A DNA stretch of 46,323 nt from a virus (Duplodnaviria; Caudoviricetes), in IMG/VR virus record IMGVR_UViG_3300037467_000877, positions 1 to 46,323 of that record. The stretch is one strand, 5' to 3'. Numbering within the stretch: position 1 is the stretch's first letter; every line of letters begins with the position of its first letter. Positions 8,686 through 20,000 of the stretch are shown one piece after another. Under the pieces are notes generated by a model that had not been told where the DNA came from, did no database searches, and saw only the letters and a program-made list of their open reading frames with translations. A program made the translations under genes and the position numbers.

Positions 8686-9120
8686 ATGACTAACGAAACT
8701 GTATACCTTAACCCGGGTCGGTTCGTCATCGAGGGCACCTTTGATGTCGACACCACGGGCGCGGTCCTTAACCTGACGATGCCCAATGGCGGGACCAAGA
8801 CGGTTCGAGGCCAACACATGTCGGTCGTCAAGTCCGGCACTGGCCAGTACGACGTCACGGTCAAGCTGGCATCCGCCCTGGATGGCAAGCCGGTGTTTCA
8901 GCCGGTGGAGCTGCTCGACGGTACTGCCAAGCTGATTGCGGCCACGGTGGCTACGGCTCTGGGCGCCCGCGTTGCGTCCGTTACGACTGACTCGAACGGC
9001 AACATTGTCATTCGCGTCTTGACCACGGGCTCGACTGGTGCTGCGGCGGACACCACGGCGGCTGTGACGGTTGGCTTCATGGCGGTCGTTTGCACGGTTC
9101 GCCTGGACCCGGTGTTCTAA
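8686..9120 (+). CDS. Virion protein (possible capsid decoration or head protein)
   Basis: GGAGA SD before ATG8686; T/V/G-rich beta protein directly after the capsid gene. Confidence 0.7.
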   Translation: MTNETVYLNPGRFVIEGTFDVDTTGAVLNLTMPNGGTKTVRGQHMSVVKSGTGQYDVTVKLASALDGKPVFQPVELLDGTAKLIAATVATALGARVASVTTDSNGNIVIRVLTTGSTGAAADTTAAVTVGFMAVVCTVRLDPVF

Positions 9121-9290
9121 TGGCCGAGGCTATTAGTACGGCTGGACTGACTCTCACCGAGCAGGCCAAGCCCACCGACCCTCGTCGTGAGGTGGTCAAG
9201 GTCATCCGTACGGTTCTGCGCAATCAGGCCGCGACGGAGGACGAGGTGGATGACGCGCTCGAAGCTCTAATCGAGCTGGCCAAGGACTAA
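9120..9290 (+). CDS. Small hypothetical protein
   Basis: TAATG coupling; fills the gap before the adaptor gene. Confidence 0.65.
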   Translation: MAEAISTAGLTLTEQAKPTDPRREVVKVIRTVLRNQAATEDEVDDALEALIELAKD

Positions 9291-9292
9291 CT

Positions 9293-9991
9293 GTGGCAAC
9301 CCGGGCTGACCTTAGGACGCGCGCCCGCATTCGTGCGGACCAGACCAATTCTACGTTTGCGCAGGACACCGAGTACAACTACTGGCTCGACGAGGGCGCT
9401 AAGGAGACGTGGTACGACCTGATTCAGGCCGGGTGGCCCATCAATTTTACTGCGCTCGAAGGGACGGCCTCTGCCAACCCTACGGTGCTAGGCATCTCGG
9501 GCACGGTAGCCTTCATTCGTGGCGTGTACCGTCGGGATGGCAACGGCTATTACGAGCTTGAGCGCATCCAAGAGGGCCAACGGGCTGGGCTTATCAGTCC
9601 TAACGGTGGCACTATTCCGAGTTGCTACGACGTCCGCATCGACCCCACGAGCGGTCCGGTCCTCGAAATGCTGCCGGCTCCGTCGAGCGTCCAGTATCGC
9701 GTCGAGTACATCCTGGAGCATCCGGGCTTCGCGTCGGACTCTACGGTCTGGTACGGCCCGGCTCGTTCGGACGAGTTGATTGTGCTCTCGGCGGCGGCCA
9801 AGGCCATGCGCAAAGAGGGCAACGACCAGGGGGCAGCCCAGCTCGATCGTGAGCGCGCCCTCCTGCTTGAGAAGGTCACCGGGATGGCCTCGTGGTTTGA
9901 CATGCGCAATCCGCCCAAGATTCGTGACGTCGAGTCCATGAAGCGGTTCGCCGACCCGTTCCGTTATCAAGTCGACGGCATCGACCCGTAA
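9293..9991 (+). CDS. Head-tail adaptor (tail tubular A / P22 gp4-like)
   Basis: N-terminal T.ADLR.R.R.RAD...E...W.DEG...YD.I pattern typical of adaptors; position in the operon. Confidence 0.7.
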   Translation: MATRADLRTRARIRADQTNSTFAQDTEYNYWLDEGAKETWYDLIQAGWPINFTALEGTASANPTVLGISGTVAFIRGVYRRDGNGYYELERIQEGQRAGLISPNGGTIPSCYDVRIDPTSGPVLEMLPAPSSVQYRVEYILEHPGFASDSTVWYGPARSDELIVLSAAAKAMRKEGNDQGAAQLDRERALLLEKVTGMASWFDMRNPPKIRDVESMKRFADPFRYQVDGIDP

Positions 9992-9999
9992 GGTGCTTA

Positions 10000-11346
10000 G
10001 TGGCTAAGCTGTTCACAGGGCTGCTTCGTGCGGTGCCCAGGCTCTCCGTAGGCATCAAGGACCAACTCGTCTCGCGAGCGATTAGGTCACTTGAGGACAC
10101 GACCACTGAGATTCTTGAGCGGCTGGCCCTTGCTGACGTTCCATCGTCCAGCGGCGGCGGGGTTCCAGCAACCAGGCGTGTTGATACCACTGCGCCTTTG
10201 TCGGGCGGCGGAGACTTGTCTGCTGACCGTATTCTCGCAGTAGGCACGTTTGGAGTCAGCGATAGCGGTGTGGTCCCGGCCTCGGGCGGCGGTACCTCTA
10301 CGTTCCTGCGAGCGGACGCGACGTGGGCCGACCCACTAGCAGGCCTAGCGATGGCCGTGTTCGGGGCGGGCTCGGACGGTGATGCGATTCTCGATGGCAC
10401 CACAACCGTGCTGGGCATGACCCCGGTTGGTGGCAAGTATCAGGCAGCCCATGACCTGATGATGAACAACCTCACCGTGAACGCGGGTGTTGTTCTCGAC
10501 ATGCACGGCTTTCGACTGTTTGTCAAAGGCACGCTTTCCGGTGCCGGTCGAATTAGCGATGACGGTGCCGACGCCGTAATGGATAGCCCGGGTCTGGGGC
10601 GCTCCGGCGCGGTGCTCGCGGCCGTCAGCTCAGGCGGCAATCCACACTCTGGTACGAGTGGAGTAAACCTGCTTGGGGCGCCTCGTCAGATTCCTGGAAA
10701 TGTAGCCAGCAATGGTGGCACCTCTAGCGGTAGCTCGTCGGCTGGCCACAACGGAACTAATGGCACAATCGGACGCGGCGCTGGTGGCGGGTCCGGCGGA
10801 AGCTATTCTGGTGGTGGTGGCTCTCCTGCGGGGGCCTCAGGCGGGTCACAGACCAACTTGAGTGTAAACCTGGGAGATATTGGGGCCCTGCCCAGTCTCC
10901 TTAATGGCTATGTCGTTAGTGGTGGCAATACGGTTGCCAACATTACTTGCGGCACGGGCGGTGGAGCTGGGTCAGGCGGCGTCGGGACATCCGTAATCGC
11001 AGGTCCAGGCGCAGGTGGTGCTGGTGGTGGCTACGTCATCGTGGCGGCGCAGACGTGCACGTTTACTGGCACCATTAGTGCCAACGGCGGTCACGGCGGT
11101 AACGGATACGCTGGGTCTACCACGAGCGGATTCGGCAACACGGACTGCGGCGGTGGCGGCGGCGGTGGCGGCGGCGGCGGCGGTATTGCCACTGTGATTA
11201 TTGGTCGCGGCTCGCTTCCGAACGTTACGGCTTCCGGCGGTCTTGGGGGTACCGGTGGCGCCGGGGACCTTGGTACTGGCCTCGATGGTGGTGACGGGGG
11301 CATCGGCGGCGATGGACTCGTCATTACGATGATCCTTGGAGCTTGA
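10000..11346 (+). CDS. Glycine-rich tail fibre / receptor-binding protein
   Basis: LSGGGDLSADR and FLRADATW fibre-like motifs, FGAGSDG motif, extensive GGxGG repeats and a 12-Gly run. Confidence 0.7.
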   Translation: MAKLFTGLLRAVPRLSVGIKDQLVSRAIRSLEDTTTEILERLALADVPSSSGGGVPATRRVDTTAPLSGGGDLSADRILAVGTFGVSDSGVVPASGGGTSTFLRADATWADPLAGLAMAVFGAGSDGDAILDGTTTVLGMTPVGGKYQAAHDLMMNNLTVNAGVVLDMHGFRLFVKGTLSGAGRISDDGADAVMDSPGLGRSGAVLAAVSSGGNPHSGTSGVNLLGAPRQIPGNVASNGGTSSGSSSAGHNGTNGTIGRGAGGGSGGSYSGGGGSPAGASGGSQTNLSVNLGDIGALPSLLNGYVVSGGNTVANITCGTGGGAGSGGVGTSVIAGPGAGGAGGGYVIVAAQTCTFTGTISANGGHGGNGYAGSTTSGFGNTDCGGGGGGGGGGGGIATVIIGRGSLPNVTASGGLGGTGGAGDLGTGLDGGDGGIGGDGLVITMILGA

Positions 11347-14300
11347 GCATGTGGACTGATTTGTACTTGGCTTTCACGACCGGCCTTGACCTGTCCAAGT
11401 CTGCCGTCCTCTCGGGCCCCGAGTTGAAATTGGCCGAGAACGTTGACTGGGACCACGACGGTGTCATCAAGGGTCGTCCTTCGCGCACTGCTCCTGCTCA
11501 GTTTGTAGTTGGCGGCGGAGCCCCGCAGAGTTTCGCGGCGACTGGCTACTCTCCGCGTGGTCTTATTCGCGTCCGAAACCTGACCGGCGAGCAACCCGCG
11601 TTAGTGTGTGAAGGCCGGACCTTCAGCCTGGAGAATGGACACTGGGTGGACCGCGCGTTCGGGTCGTGCTTTCGGGTCGACCGCAAGGTCAACTTCTTGC
11701 CGGGCGCGGCCTCGGCGGCTCAGTGCTTGGCCTGCACCCAGGATTTTGGGCCCAGCAACGGCTACGCCTCGCTCTCGTCTCAGTCGTATTGGCTGCTGTC
11801 GCCTACCGGAGCCATTGAAGGTGGTGCGGTCGGGGCAACTGGCATTGGCGGCTCGGGCCTCTTCGGCACGGGCGCTCGCTGTGGGACGACCACGGCAATC
11901 GTTGGCTACGACGGATTTACGGGACACCTGGACTTCATCTACCGGACGGCCGGAGCGACGGCGCTTACCAAGGTGCAGCTCGCCACGGACGCGGCGGGAG
12001 GGACTCACAGTCTTCCCGTTATCTGCTCGTCCAATGGAGCCGGCTTCTTCTGGATTATCTACGCGACGAGCACCACCAACCAATTCAAGATTCTCCGGGT
12101 CGACGTCACGGGCAACATCCTGTCGACCTACACGGGCACTCACACGGGCCTCGTTGGCTTTTGGCTGGACAACACCGCTCCGGCGGCCGACCAACTGATT
12201 GTTGCTCTGACGAATGCCTCTGGCCTTACGCTGCGGCCATTCACGGCGACCACGATTGGTCCGGTCGCTCCCAGCGGGCTGCTGGACAGTACGTATTCAA
12301 TCAGTGGGCGGCCCGGGATTGAGTGCGTTGTGGGCATCAAGACCAACACTACTGCAACCTGGGCCTATCGGTCGGATGGCTCGCTGGACTTCGGCGATGG
12401 TGACATTGTCGTGGGCACGGTTGACCTGACGGTTGCGGCCTCAGCATCTCAACAGGCCACGTATTACGGCGGCGGTGTTTACCCGTCTGCCGGCGTCAAC
12501 TGGAGCATCTGCCACCAGCCCGTGCTGTGTAATGGTCGGCTCTATCTGACCCTCAGCGCTGCCCAGGTGACCGGCGCAAAGACCGGGACCTGGATTACCC
12601 AGGACGTGACGTCGGTGCCGTTTCAGGTGGTCGCGCGAGGCCCCTCGAATGCCACCATGCCCGTCACAATGGCTGGCAGTGCGGTCCCCTTGGCGGACAA
12701 CACCGGCTGGACGTTCCCAACGCTGGACTACTCGCGATTCAGCACTTCGCTCAACTCTCTCACTGGCCTGGATGCCCTGCTCGGGCTTAACGCAGTGGTC
12801 CTAGCTAAGCCTCGCGAGGCTTTGGTAGGTGAGTCGACTATCATCAGCGGCTCCATCCCTCACGTCATGCAGCGTGGTCAGGTCGCCGAGTTGGGGTTTC
12901 CGTTCCTTGCCGGTCAGCCCGGACTGGACGCCACTGCCACCGCAGGAGGAGGCCTCGCCATTGGTGACTACACTCTGGCAGCCTTGTGGCGCTGGACGGA
13001 CGAGACTGGAGTGATTCACCGGTCCTCCCCGAGTCCGCTGCGGACTGCCCACGTACCGGGTAGCGGCACCAATACTTTGCTCCTGACAGTCACCAATCCG
13101 ACGCTGACTGAAAAAGAGTGGGGGTCGCTCAAGATTGAACTTTACTGCTCCGGCCTAAACGCCGCATCCGACGCGGCGCACTACCTGGTCTACTCGGGCC
13201 CGCTGTCCGCCGGAAGCTCTTACACGCAGGTGTCGCTGACATCGCTGCCAACAGAGCTGATGTCAAACCCGGTGCTCAATCCTGGAACCGAGACGCTCTA
13301 CACCGATGGTGACGAATTCGCCAACTTTCACGTGCCAGCAGATGGCGGCGTTGCCGCGCTGGGTCGGCGAGTGTGGTTGGCCTCCGGTTCGACGGCTTAC
13401 GCATCCAAGCTCCTCGTTCCAGGCAAGGCCCCGAGCTTCAATGACGAGGGTCAGCTCCAGATCAACCTGCCGGCCGGCGCCGGGCGAATTCTGGCTCTGG
13501 AGTCTATGGACGACAAGCTCGTCATCTTCTGTGCGCGCGGCGTGTTCGTGGTGCGTGATGGCGGGCCTGACAATGCTGGTCAGGGCCTCGACTTCGGAGT
13601 GCCCGAGCGCGTGGCCGACCTGAGCATTGCTGGTGAGCGCGCGACGTGCCTGACGTCCAAGGGCATTGTTTTCCTGACACCAGTCAACGCTACAAATCCC
13701 CAGCTAGGCGGCCCGTGGCTGCTCTCGCGCGGCCTGGACCTTCAGTACCTAGGTCGGAACGTGCTAGACTATCTAGCCGGCGCTACCGAGGTGGCCTACT
13801 CGTTCGCTCGCGAGGCCGTATTCATGAACTACGACTCCGGTACCACTGGTGTCGTCATGATGGACCTGAGAACGATGCGGTGGGCAACCTGGGCCAACCA
13901 GGACACCCCCGATGGCGCACTTCGGTCGCTGGCCTGTGTTTCGGGTGACCTGTGGACCCTGGCCACCGAACCGTCGGCCTACAACGGGGCCCCAGGGACT
14001 GATGCGGCGGGCGATTATGCCATGCACATCAAGACCAGTCACCTTTACTCAAACGGCAAGTCCGGGGTCGGCTGGGCGCGTGTACGGGGCATGCGAGTCC
14101 TTGGAACGCCGCAGGCTGGCAACCACACCTTGACCATGTCAGCGGTCATGGACCAGGTCTACACGGCTACTAGCACTCCGTTCACGATGACCACACCCAC
14201 GGCTAGCACGTCGTGGCCAACTTCTAGACAGGCTCCCGAATGGCGCCTACCAACCCAAAAGTGCGCGTCCATTCAAGTGGACCTCGTCGCAACTCCGGCC

Positions 14301-14375
14301 ACGGCACAGTGGGCCGCGATTAGCTTGCAGGTGCTACCTCTTCCTCCCACTTCTCCGGCACTTCAGAGGGCCTAA
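11343..14375 (+). CDS. Tail nozzle / tubular protein B-like (beta-propeller-rich) virion protein
   Basis: 1010 aa, N-terminal GLD...L..AENV.....G.I..R pattern of P22 gp10/T7 gp12-like nozzles; position in the operon. Confidence 0.65.
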   Translation: MSMWTDLYLAFTTGLDLSKSAVLSGPELKLAENVDWDHDGVIKGRPSRTAPAQFVVGGGAPQSFAATGYSPRGLIRVRNLTGEQPALVCEGRTFSLENGHWVDRAFGSCFRVDRKVNFLPGAASAAQCLACTQDFGPSNGYASLSSQSYWLLSPTGAIEGGAVGATGIGGSGLFGTGARCGTTTAIVGYDGFTGHLDFIYRTAGATALTKVQLATDAAGGTHSLPVICSSNGAGFFWIIYATSTTNQFKILRVDVTGNILSTYTGTHTGLVGFWLDNTAPAADQLIVALTNASGLTLRPFTATTIGPVAPSGLLDSTYSISGRPGIECVVGIKTNTTATWAYRSDGSLDFGDGDIVVGTVDLTVAASASQQATYYGGGVYPSAGVNWSICHQPVLCNGRLYLTLSAAQVTGAKTGTWITQDVTSVPFQVVARGPSNATMPVTMAGSAVPLADNTGWTFPTLDYSRFSTSLNSLTGLDALLGLNAVVLAKPREALVGESTIISGSIPHVMQRGQVAELGFPFLAGQPGLDATATAGGGLAIGDYTLAALWRWTDETGVIHRSSPSPLRTAHVPGSGTNTLLLTVTNPTLTEKEWGSLKIELYCSGLNAASDAAHYLVYSGPLSAGSSYTQVSLTSLPTELMSNPVLNPGTETLYTDGDEFANFHVPADGGVAALGRRVWLASGSTAYASKLLVPGKAPSFNDEGQLQINLPAGAGRILALESMDDKLVIFCARGVFVVRDGGPDNAGQGLDFGVPERVADLSIAGERATCLTSKGIVFLTPVNATNPQLGGPWLLSRGLDLQYLGRNVLDYLAGATEVAYSFAREAVFMNYDSGTTGVVMMDLRTMRWATWANQDTPDGALRSLACVSGDLWTLATEPSAYNGAPGTDAAGDYAMHIKTSHLYSNGKSGVGWARVRGMRVLGTPQAGNHTLTMSAVMDQVYTATSTPFTMTTPTASTSWPTSRQAPEWRLPTQKCASIQVDLVATPATAQWAAISLQVLPLPPTSPALQRA

Positions 14376-14379
14376 CTTT

Positions 14380-14901
14380 ATGGCGTGGTACGACTATATT
14401 CCTAGTCCTGGTTTTCAGTTTCTAAACGCATTGGACGGGGGCACGCCGTTCGGCATTGACCCGAATGGTCGCGGCAACGTCCCGCAAATTCAGCAAAACC
14501 CGTTCATGGGTGACTGGAAGTCCCTGATTGGGCAATTGCAGACTACGGCGTCTGGTAATGGTCCCTCCCTGGCCGGCAATGCCTACAAGCAGGCGGCCAA
14601 CGACCAGATGCACGCGGCGCAGTCCATGGCAGCTGGCGGCTCGGCTGGTGGTGCTCGTCAGGCTCAGATGATGATGGGCCGGACAAATCAGGGCATTGCT
14701 AACGGCTACTCGAATGCTCGCCTGCAGGAGCAGCTGGCCGCTCAGCAAATGCTCTCTGGTGCTCTCCAGGGTGCTGGCAATGCATGGTTCCAGCCCCAGG
14801 CAGCCAACCTGTCGGCCACACTGGGCAGTCCGACCAATCTGCAGAAGTTCCTCAGCATCCTGTCAGCAGCGGGGCCTATCGCTGGGGCAATGGGGGCCTA
14901 A
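14380..14901 (+). CDS. Putative ejection (internal virion) protein, small
   Basis: Q/G/A/M-rich with a hydrophobic C-terminus; first of three genes after the nozzle. Confidence 0.55.
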   Translation: MAWYDYIPSPGFQFLNALDGGTPFGIDPNGRGNVPQIQQNPFMGDWKSLIGQLQTTASGNGPSLAGNAYKQAANDQMHAAQSMAAGGSAGGARQAQMMMGRTNQGIANGYSNARLQEQLAAQQMLSGALQGAGNAWFQPQAANLSATLGSPTNLQKFLSILSAAGPIAGAMGA

Positions 14902-14904
14902 GCA

Positions 14905-17085
14905 ATGGGCGACTTCACGAATCCGGTGGCGGCGGCCCTGGCGGCCCTCAGTGCCTACGGGGCTTCGCAGGGTGCGTCCGACGAGTCCAACGACCCGACG
15001 TCCGTCCTGCCGTTCCTAGAGCACCAGGACTACGACCCGACGCTGCCCAACTTCCAGGCTAAGCCCTACGAGTCGTCCACGGTTCCCCCGGCTGGCGAGA
15101 TTCAGATGCCGGAGGACCATGTCGACACCGTTCATCACCTAGCTCCGGCTACACCCCAGAGTGTGCCCGTAATGAGCGACCGTGAGCACGCTTACCGCGA
15201 GGGCGTTCAGCCAGCGCCCACGGATGTCCAAGGCGCCGACTATCAAGCAGACCAGGCCCTACAGGACGCGGCTGGTGCGACTCAGTCATCAAAGCGAGCC
15301 GACCTGGCCGCTCAGGGTGATACGTCCAACCGGTTGGCCGATGCCTACCAAAAGGCATATGACGAGACTGGGCGCATTAACCAGGACTATCAGACGGCGC
15401 GGTCGCTGGCTCGTCAGCAGGCGGATGCCGAGACTGCCCAGTGGATGCAGCAGTACCAGGATTTGGCGGCCAAGGAGCCCAACCCTCATCGTTGGTTCGA
15501 ATCCAAGTCGTCATTCGGGAAGGCCATGTGGGCCATCTCGCTTGTGGCTGGTGCGCTTCGGTCCGGTCTAAGCGGAGGCCAGCTCCCCAACGTCGCGCTA
15601 GAGGCGGCTCAGAAGGAAATCCAGGGCGACATTGACCTGCAGAAGCAGCGCCTGGACAAGCAACTCGGGGCGCTCCGCATGAAGGGCGAGGCCCTCCAGA
15701 AGCACCAGGCCCAGAACCTAACGGACCTGACCGACGACCACACGATGGCTCTCGGCCGGCTCAATGCGCTGCAGCAGGAGTACATGGCGCGGGCTCAGGT
15801 CCCCGGCAAGCCTCAGATGGATGCGGCTGACCAGCAGGTCATGGCGTGGTTCGCTCAGCAGAAGGCCACCATTGCTGACAAGAAAGCCACCGAGGCCCGC
15901 CAGGCCCGTGAAGCCCAGTTGTCGCGCGCCCAGGCCATGGCGATTGCGAACATGAACGACCGGCGTGAACGGGCCATTGCTAATGCCAATATCCAGAAGG
16001 ACTACGACCTGGCCAAGCTCCAGGCCGACAGCGCTGGTGACGTGGCTAAGGCCAAGGCCGAGGCCGACGCTCAAAAAGACCTTCGTGGCACCGACCCGTC
16101 ACTGGGCCTCTATCTCAAGGGTGGCACTTATGGCGACGGCATTGTCCGTACCCACAAGGATGACCAGAACTTTGAGAAGATGAACCAGGTGGCTCAGGCG
16201 GCCAACCAGCGCTACTCGGACTTGGGCCTAGTTGAGACTGCGCTCAAGGATGACAATTTCTACGACTTGATTACGAAGAAGGACCCGGCCCTGGTGCAGG
16301 CTGTGACTCGTCTTGGGTACTCAACCGCGAAGGCGGACGACCCGGGTGGGCGCGTCAATGACGAGGACTTCAAGAAGGGCGTGCAGCAGTCCCTGGGGTA
16401 CGACCCGGTAAATGGCGTGGTGGACCCTATGCAGGTGTCCCGAAACCGGGATGCCATGCTGAAGGCCATCGCGACTGAGAAGAAGAACCTGGTGCCGCGT
16501 ACTCAGAAGGCACTGGCTGTTTACAATGACGTTCTTGTTAACGGCAAGGGCTCCACGATTTACTGGTCGCCCAAGTCCGTGACGGCCCCCGAGGCGCCGA
16601 CGCCCAATGCGATGGAGTCCCTGGGCAAGACCCTGCCGCCGCCCAAGGACCTGAATGAGTTGCATGAGCGCGAAAAGCAGGCTGAAGCCCAGCCCGAGTA
16701 CGCTCGTCAGCTCCTGCCGGTCAACCAGGACAAAGTGACGGAGGCCAAGTCGGCCTTTCAGGGTCGCGGCCCGGACTTCATTGACAAGCGAGCCGCCCAA
16801 CTACTGGACCAGTGGGACCAGGGCTATGGACTGGACCCCACGACGCGGCTGATGATTGAGGACGAAGCCCATAAGGCGCGCGAGAAGGCCAGTCAGGCTT
16901 TGGAGGACTTCGAGACCAGCTTGCGTACTCGCAATTGGAGCATGCGTGGGTCTAGTCGAGCAGAAGCCAGCGACATCGCCAAGAAGGACTTCGGACTGTT
17001 CTTGGACCCCGAAGAGCTGACGGCCGCTATTAAGGCAGCTGAAGCAGGAACGCCAGTGGAAGCAGCGCGGCGGCTCGGCAAGTAG
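14905..17085 (+). CDS. Putative ejection (internal virion) protein, medium
   Basis: 726 aa, A/Q/D/K-rich helical protein with an internal hydrophobic segment (AMWAISLVAGAL). Confidence 0.6.
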   Translation: MGDFTNPVAAALAALSAYGASQGASDESNDPTSVLPFLEHQDYDPTLPNFQAKPYESSTVPPAGEIQMPEDHVDTVHHLAPATPQSVPVMSDREHAYREGVQPAPTDVQGADYQADQALQDAAGATQSSKRADLAAQGDTSNRLADAYQKAYDETGRINQDYQTARSLARQQADAETAQWMQQYQDLAAKEPNPHRWFESKSSFGKAMWAISLVAGALRSGLSGGQLPNVALEAAQKEIQGDIDLQKQRLDKQLGALRMKGEALQKHQAQNLTDLTDDHTMALGRLNALQQEYMARAQVPGKPQMDAADQQVMAWFAQQKATIADKKATEARQAREAQLSRAQAMAIANMNDRRERAIANANIQKDYDLAKLQADSAGDVAKAKAEADAQKDLRGTDPSLGLYLKGGTYGDGIVRTHKDDQNFEKMNQVAQAANQRYSDLGLVETALKDDNFYDLITKKDPALVQAVTRLGYSTAKADDPGGRVNDEDFKKGVQQSLGYDPVNGVVDPMQVSRNRDAMLKAIATEKKNLVPRTQKALAVYNDVLVNGKGSTIYWSPKSVTAPEAPTPNAMESLGKTLPPPKDLNELHEREKQAEAQPEYARQLLPVNQDKVTEAKSAFQGRGPDFIDKRAAQLLDQWDQGYGLDPTTRLMIEDEAHKAREKASQALEDFETSLRTRNWSMRGSSRAEASDIAKKDFGLFLDPEELTAAIKAAEAGTPVEAARRLGK

Positions 17086-17092
17086 GACAGCG

Positions 17093-20000
17093 ATGGGTGA
17101 CCCCAACAAGAATGGAAGCTCGGCCGCTCCGGCGGTGATTGAGCGCCCCGAGGCTGGCGGAGAGATTGTTCGTCCGGCGGAGGAGGCTGGTGCCGGCCAG
17201 GCCCTTGGCGAGACCGAGGTGTCCCCGGAGGAGCACGCGGCAGAGGCCAGGACGGCTGAGCGGCGGGCGATGTTCGATAACCGGTCGGACGCGCTTCTCA
17301 CGTTTGCCGAGGGCATGGTGGATGCTGTCTCGCTGGGCCTCATTCACGAGACCGGCGAGGCTGCGGACATTCGTCGTGATGTCAACTCGAGCGCGGCGTT
17401 TGCTGGCGAGATGGTGGGCACTGCCGTGGGGCTCAAAGTCCCGGGCCCGCTCAAGTTGGTGGCAGAGGGCGGTGAGGCCGCTGGTGCCAAGGCTGCCAAG
17501 CTAGTTCTGGGTGACGTGTCCGAAGGCTCTAGGGCGGGCATTGCGCTGAAGGCCGCGCAGGGTGCTGGCGAGATGAGCGCGATGATGGGCGCTGCATCCG
17601 TTGGCCACCAGATTACCGACACCGTCCTCGACGACAAGGAGTTTTCGGGTTACGCGGTGCTCGAAGAGGCCGGACTGGGGGCTGTCCTCGGTGGCGGCAT
17701 GAAGTTCCTTGAGGGGACCTTCGGTCGGGCGGCTTCGCGTTACGACATTGGTGCTCAGGGCGGGCTGCTTGACCCCACCAGTCCCGCAGCCCAGAACGTT
17801 GCCGAAAGCATCAAGGGTGCGAAGGGCGCATGGGACGCCGCCCTGGAAGTTCATGAGCGACGGCTGGGTGCGCTCCGGGCCCTGCAGAAGGACGGGGTGC
17901 TCGGCAACTACATCAACGATGCACCACAGTTCATGGCGGACCGCGAGGTGGCTCTAAAGGCGGCCAAGGCTGCTCAGGCCCGGCTGGAGGCCACGTCCTT
18001 CGAGGGCATGGTCGACGCCGACCCCAAGCGCTGGTCTAAGTGGCACAACGCGATGGAGGACTACCAGGACAGGCTCAACCAACTCGACGAGGCAATGCAG
18101 CCCCGGGCGTTTGAGCAAGCCCAGCGCGTGCAACCAGGCGTTCCGGGTGAGGCCCAGGCCGGGACCTCGGGCATGGTGGGCGGCATCTCGGAAGTAGTCC
18201 AGCTGCCCAACTCAGACATCGCCGAGATGAATGAGTTGATGAAGGACCCACACCTCCAGGCCCAGTACGAGGCCATTTACGGTCGGCCGTTCGAGCCGGT
18301 GGAGCGTCCTACGGGTATCGAGGGCGAGGAAAACCTGGGTGGCCGCGAGTCCCCAACGACCGGCAACAAGACCCCGGTCCAGTCCGGCAGGGCGCGCGCT
18401 CCAATCAGCGAAGAGCCCACGCCGCCGGCAGGAGCCCCACCCGAGACTCCACTGCACGACCGGTTTGACGTCACGGACGTTGACGCCGAGATGGCCAGCG
18501 AGGCAGCCCCCGAGCGACCGACACCGTCTGAGCCCAACCAGCCGTGGACGCCAAGTGCCCCCAAGGGACGGTTCAACCCGGCCGAGTTTACGCCCACGAC
18601 CCTTGCAGCCGAGGGAATGGGTGGCAAGTTCATCCCCCCGTCCGGCGAGGCCCAGGCCCTGGACAATGCCCTGTCGGGCTCGCACCCCGACCTGGCTCGG
18701 ACCCAGTTCAAGTTTTCTGACGGCTACTTTGCTCCGGCGGCCGATGTCGTGCAGAACGCCCGCGCGTTCTCGGACTTCATGGAGCGCATGCGGGTTGATA
18801 CGCCCATGGAGGGCCAACCGGGTCAGGCTCAGCCCACTCCGGTCGAGACGCGCACTCCGGTCATTCGGCGAGCGGCCCCGACGTTCGACGGTACGCAGCC
18901 CACACCCCTGACGCGCGCGCCCGAGCTGGGCAAGACGCCCGTGGTGATGGACGAGCGCCGCATTCCCCATGAGCCCGCCGCTGGACAGGGTCGCCTCAAG
19001 GCCAGCCTTCGTGAAGCTCAGCGCGCCGAGGCCCGGCAGGCTGTTCGTAACTACATTGACCAGTGGTACGCCGATTCCAAGGTGGCTCCTCGACTGAGCC
19101 CCGGCGACCGCGCAGCCGCTCAGCTTCGTCGAGTGCTCGATGACATTCGGGCGACTGACAAGGGGCGCGGCGTGAGTGCGTCGTCCACGGCGATTGGTGA
19201 CTTGCTTGGCCTCCCCATCCCGCGCTCTGCACTGGGCGCTCAGCTGAATGACCTGTACGCCATGCGGCGCGTGGCCGAGTTGGCTGCTGACGCTAGCAAG
19301 GGCACGGTCATGAAGGGCGTGACCAAGAACAAGACGCTCGACTGGATTGTGCGACGTGCGGGCGGCAAACTGGGCGCTAGCGTAGCAGGGGGTGTGGCCG
19401 GACACATGGTCGGTGGTCCGCTGGGCTATGCAGTCGGTGCGGCTCTGGCTACGCGCTACGCGGGCTTTGCGGGTCGGGCTGCTGGCATCGCTGGCAAGAC
19501 CTATCAACGCTGCCTGAAGGCGGCTGCGGGCCTTCTCAAGGGTAGTCGCAGCACGGTTATTGCTCGTGCCATCGCCGGCAATCGTCCGTATGTCTACAGC
19601 GACGCTGGCCCCATCAAGGACCCCATCCAGCGCATTCAGGAGATTCGTCGAGTGGCTTCAGGTGGTGACGTGCCTCGTGCAGTTGTTGCCTCGGCCGGCG
19701 ACCTTAACGTGGTCCACCCCGAGCTGGTTCAGAACCTGGTGGCGAGCGCCATGCAGCGTATCCAGTATCTGGCTCAGGCGGCCCCACAAATCCAGTACGA
19801 CTCGCTGGGCAGGCCGATGCCCCTCTCGGTTGGCGAACAGCGTCGGTTCTTCGAGACCGAGAATGCCGTCAACGACCTGGAGTCCATCTTGGCAGCCGTC
19901 CAGAACGGGTCGGTTACGCGCATCCAGGCCGAGGTTCTGCGGTCGGCCCACGCACCGGCATTCCACAAGATTGCTGCGTTCCTGGTCCAGGACCCCGAGG

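Noticed and set aside
8546-8690. Stop-codon readthrough, frameshift or ribosomal bypass fusing the capsid to the next ORF through the downstream structure
   Set aside because: The capsid frame hits another TAA after five codons, the downstream ORF frame is closed by TGA at 8641, and no matching in-frame TCG landing codon exists
18212-19507. 431-aa antisense ORF, and similar long antisense ORFs such as 27928..29037 and 3540..4349
   Set aside because: Shadow ORFs opposite well-supported genes, as expected in GC-rich DNA; no motifs or SD support
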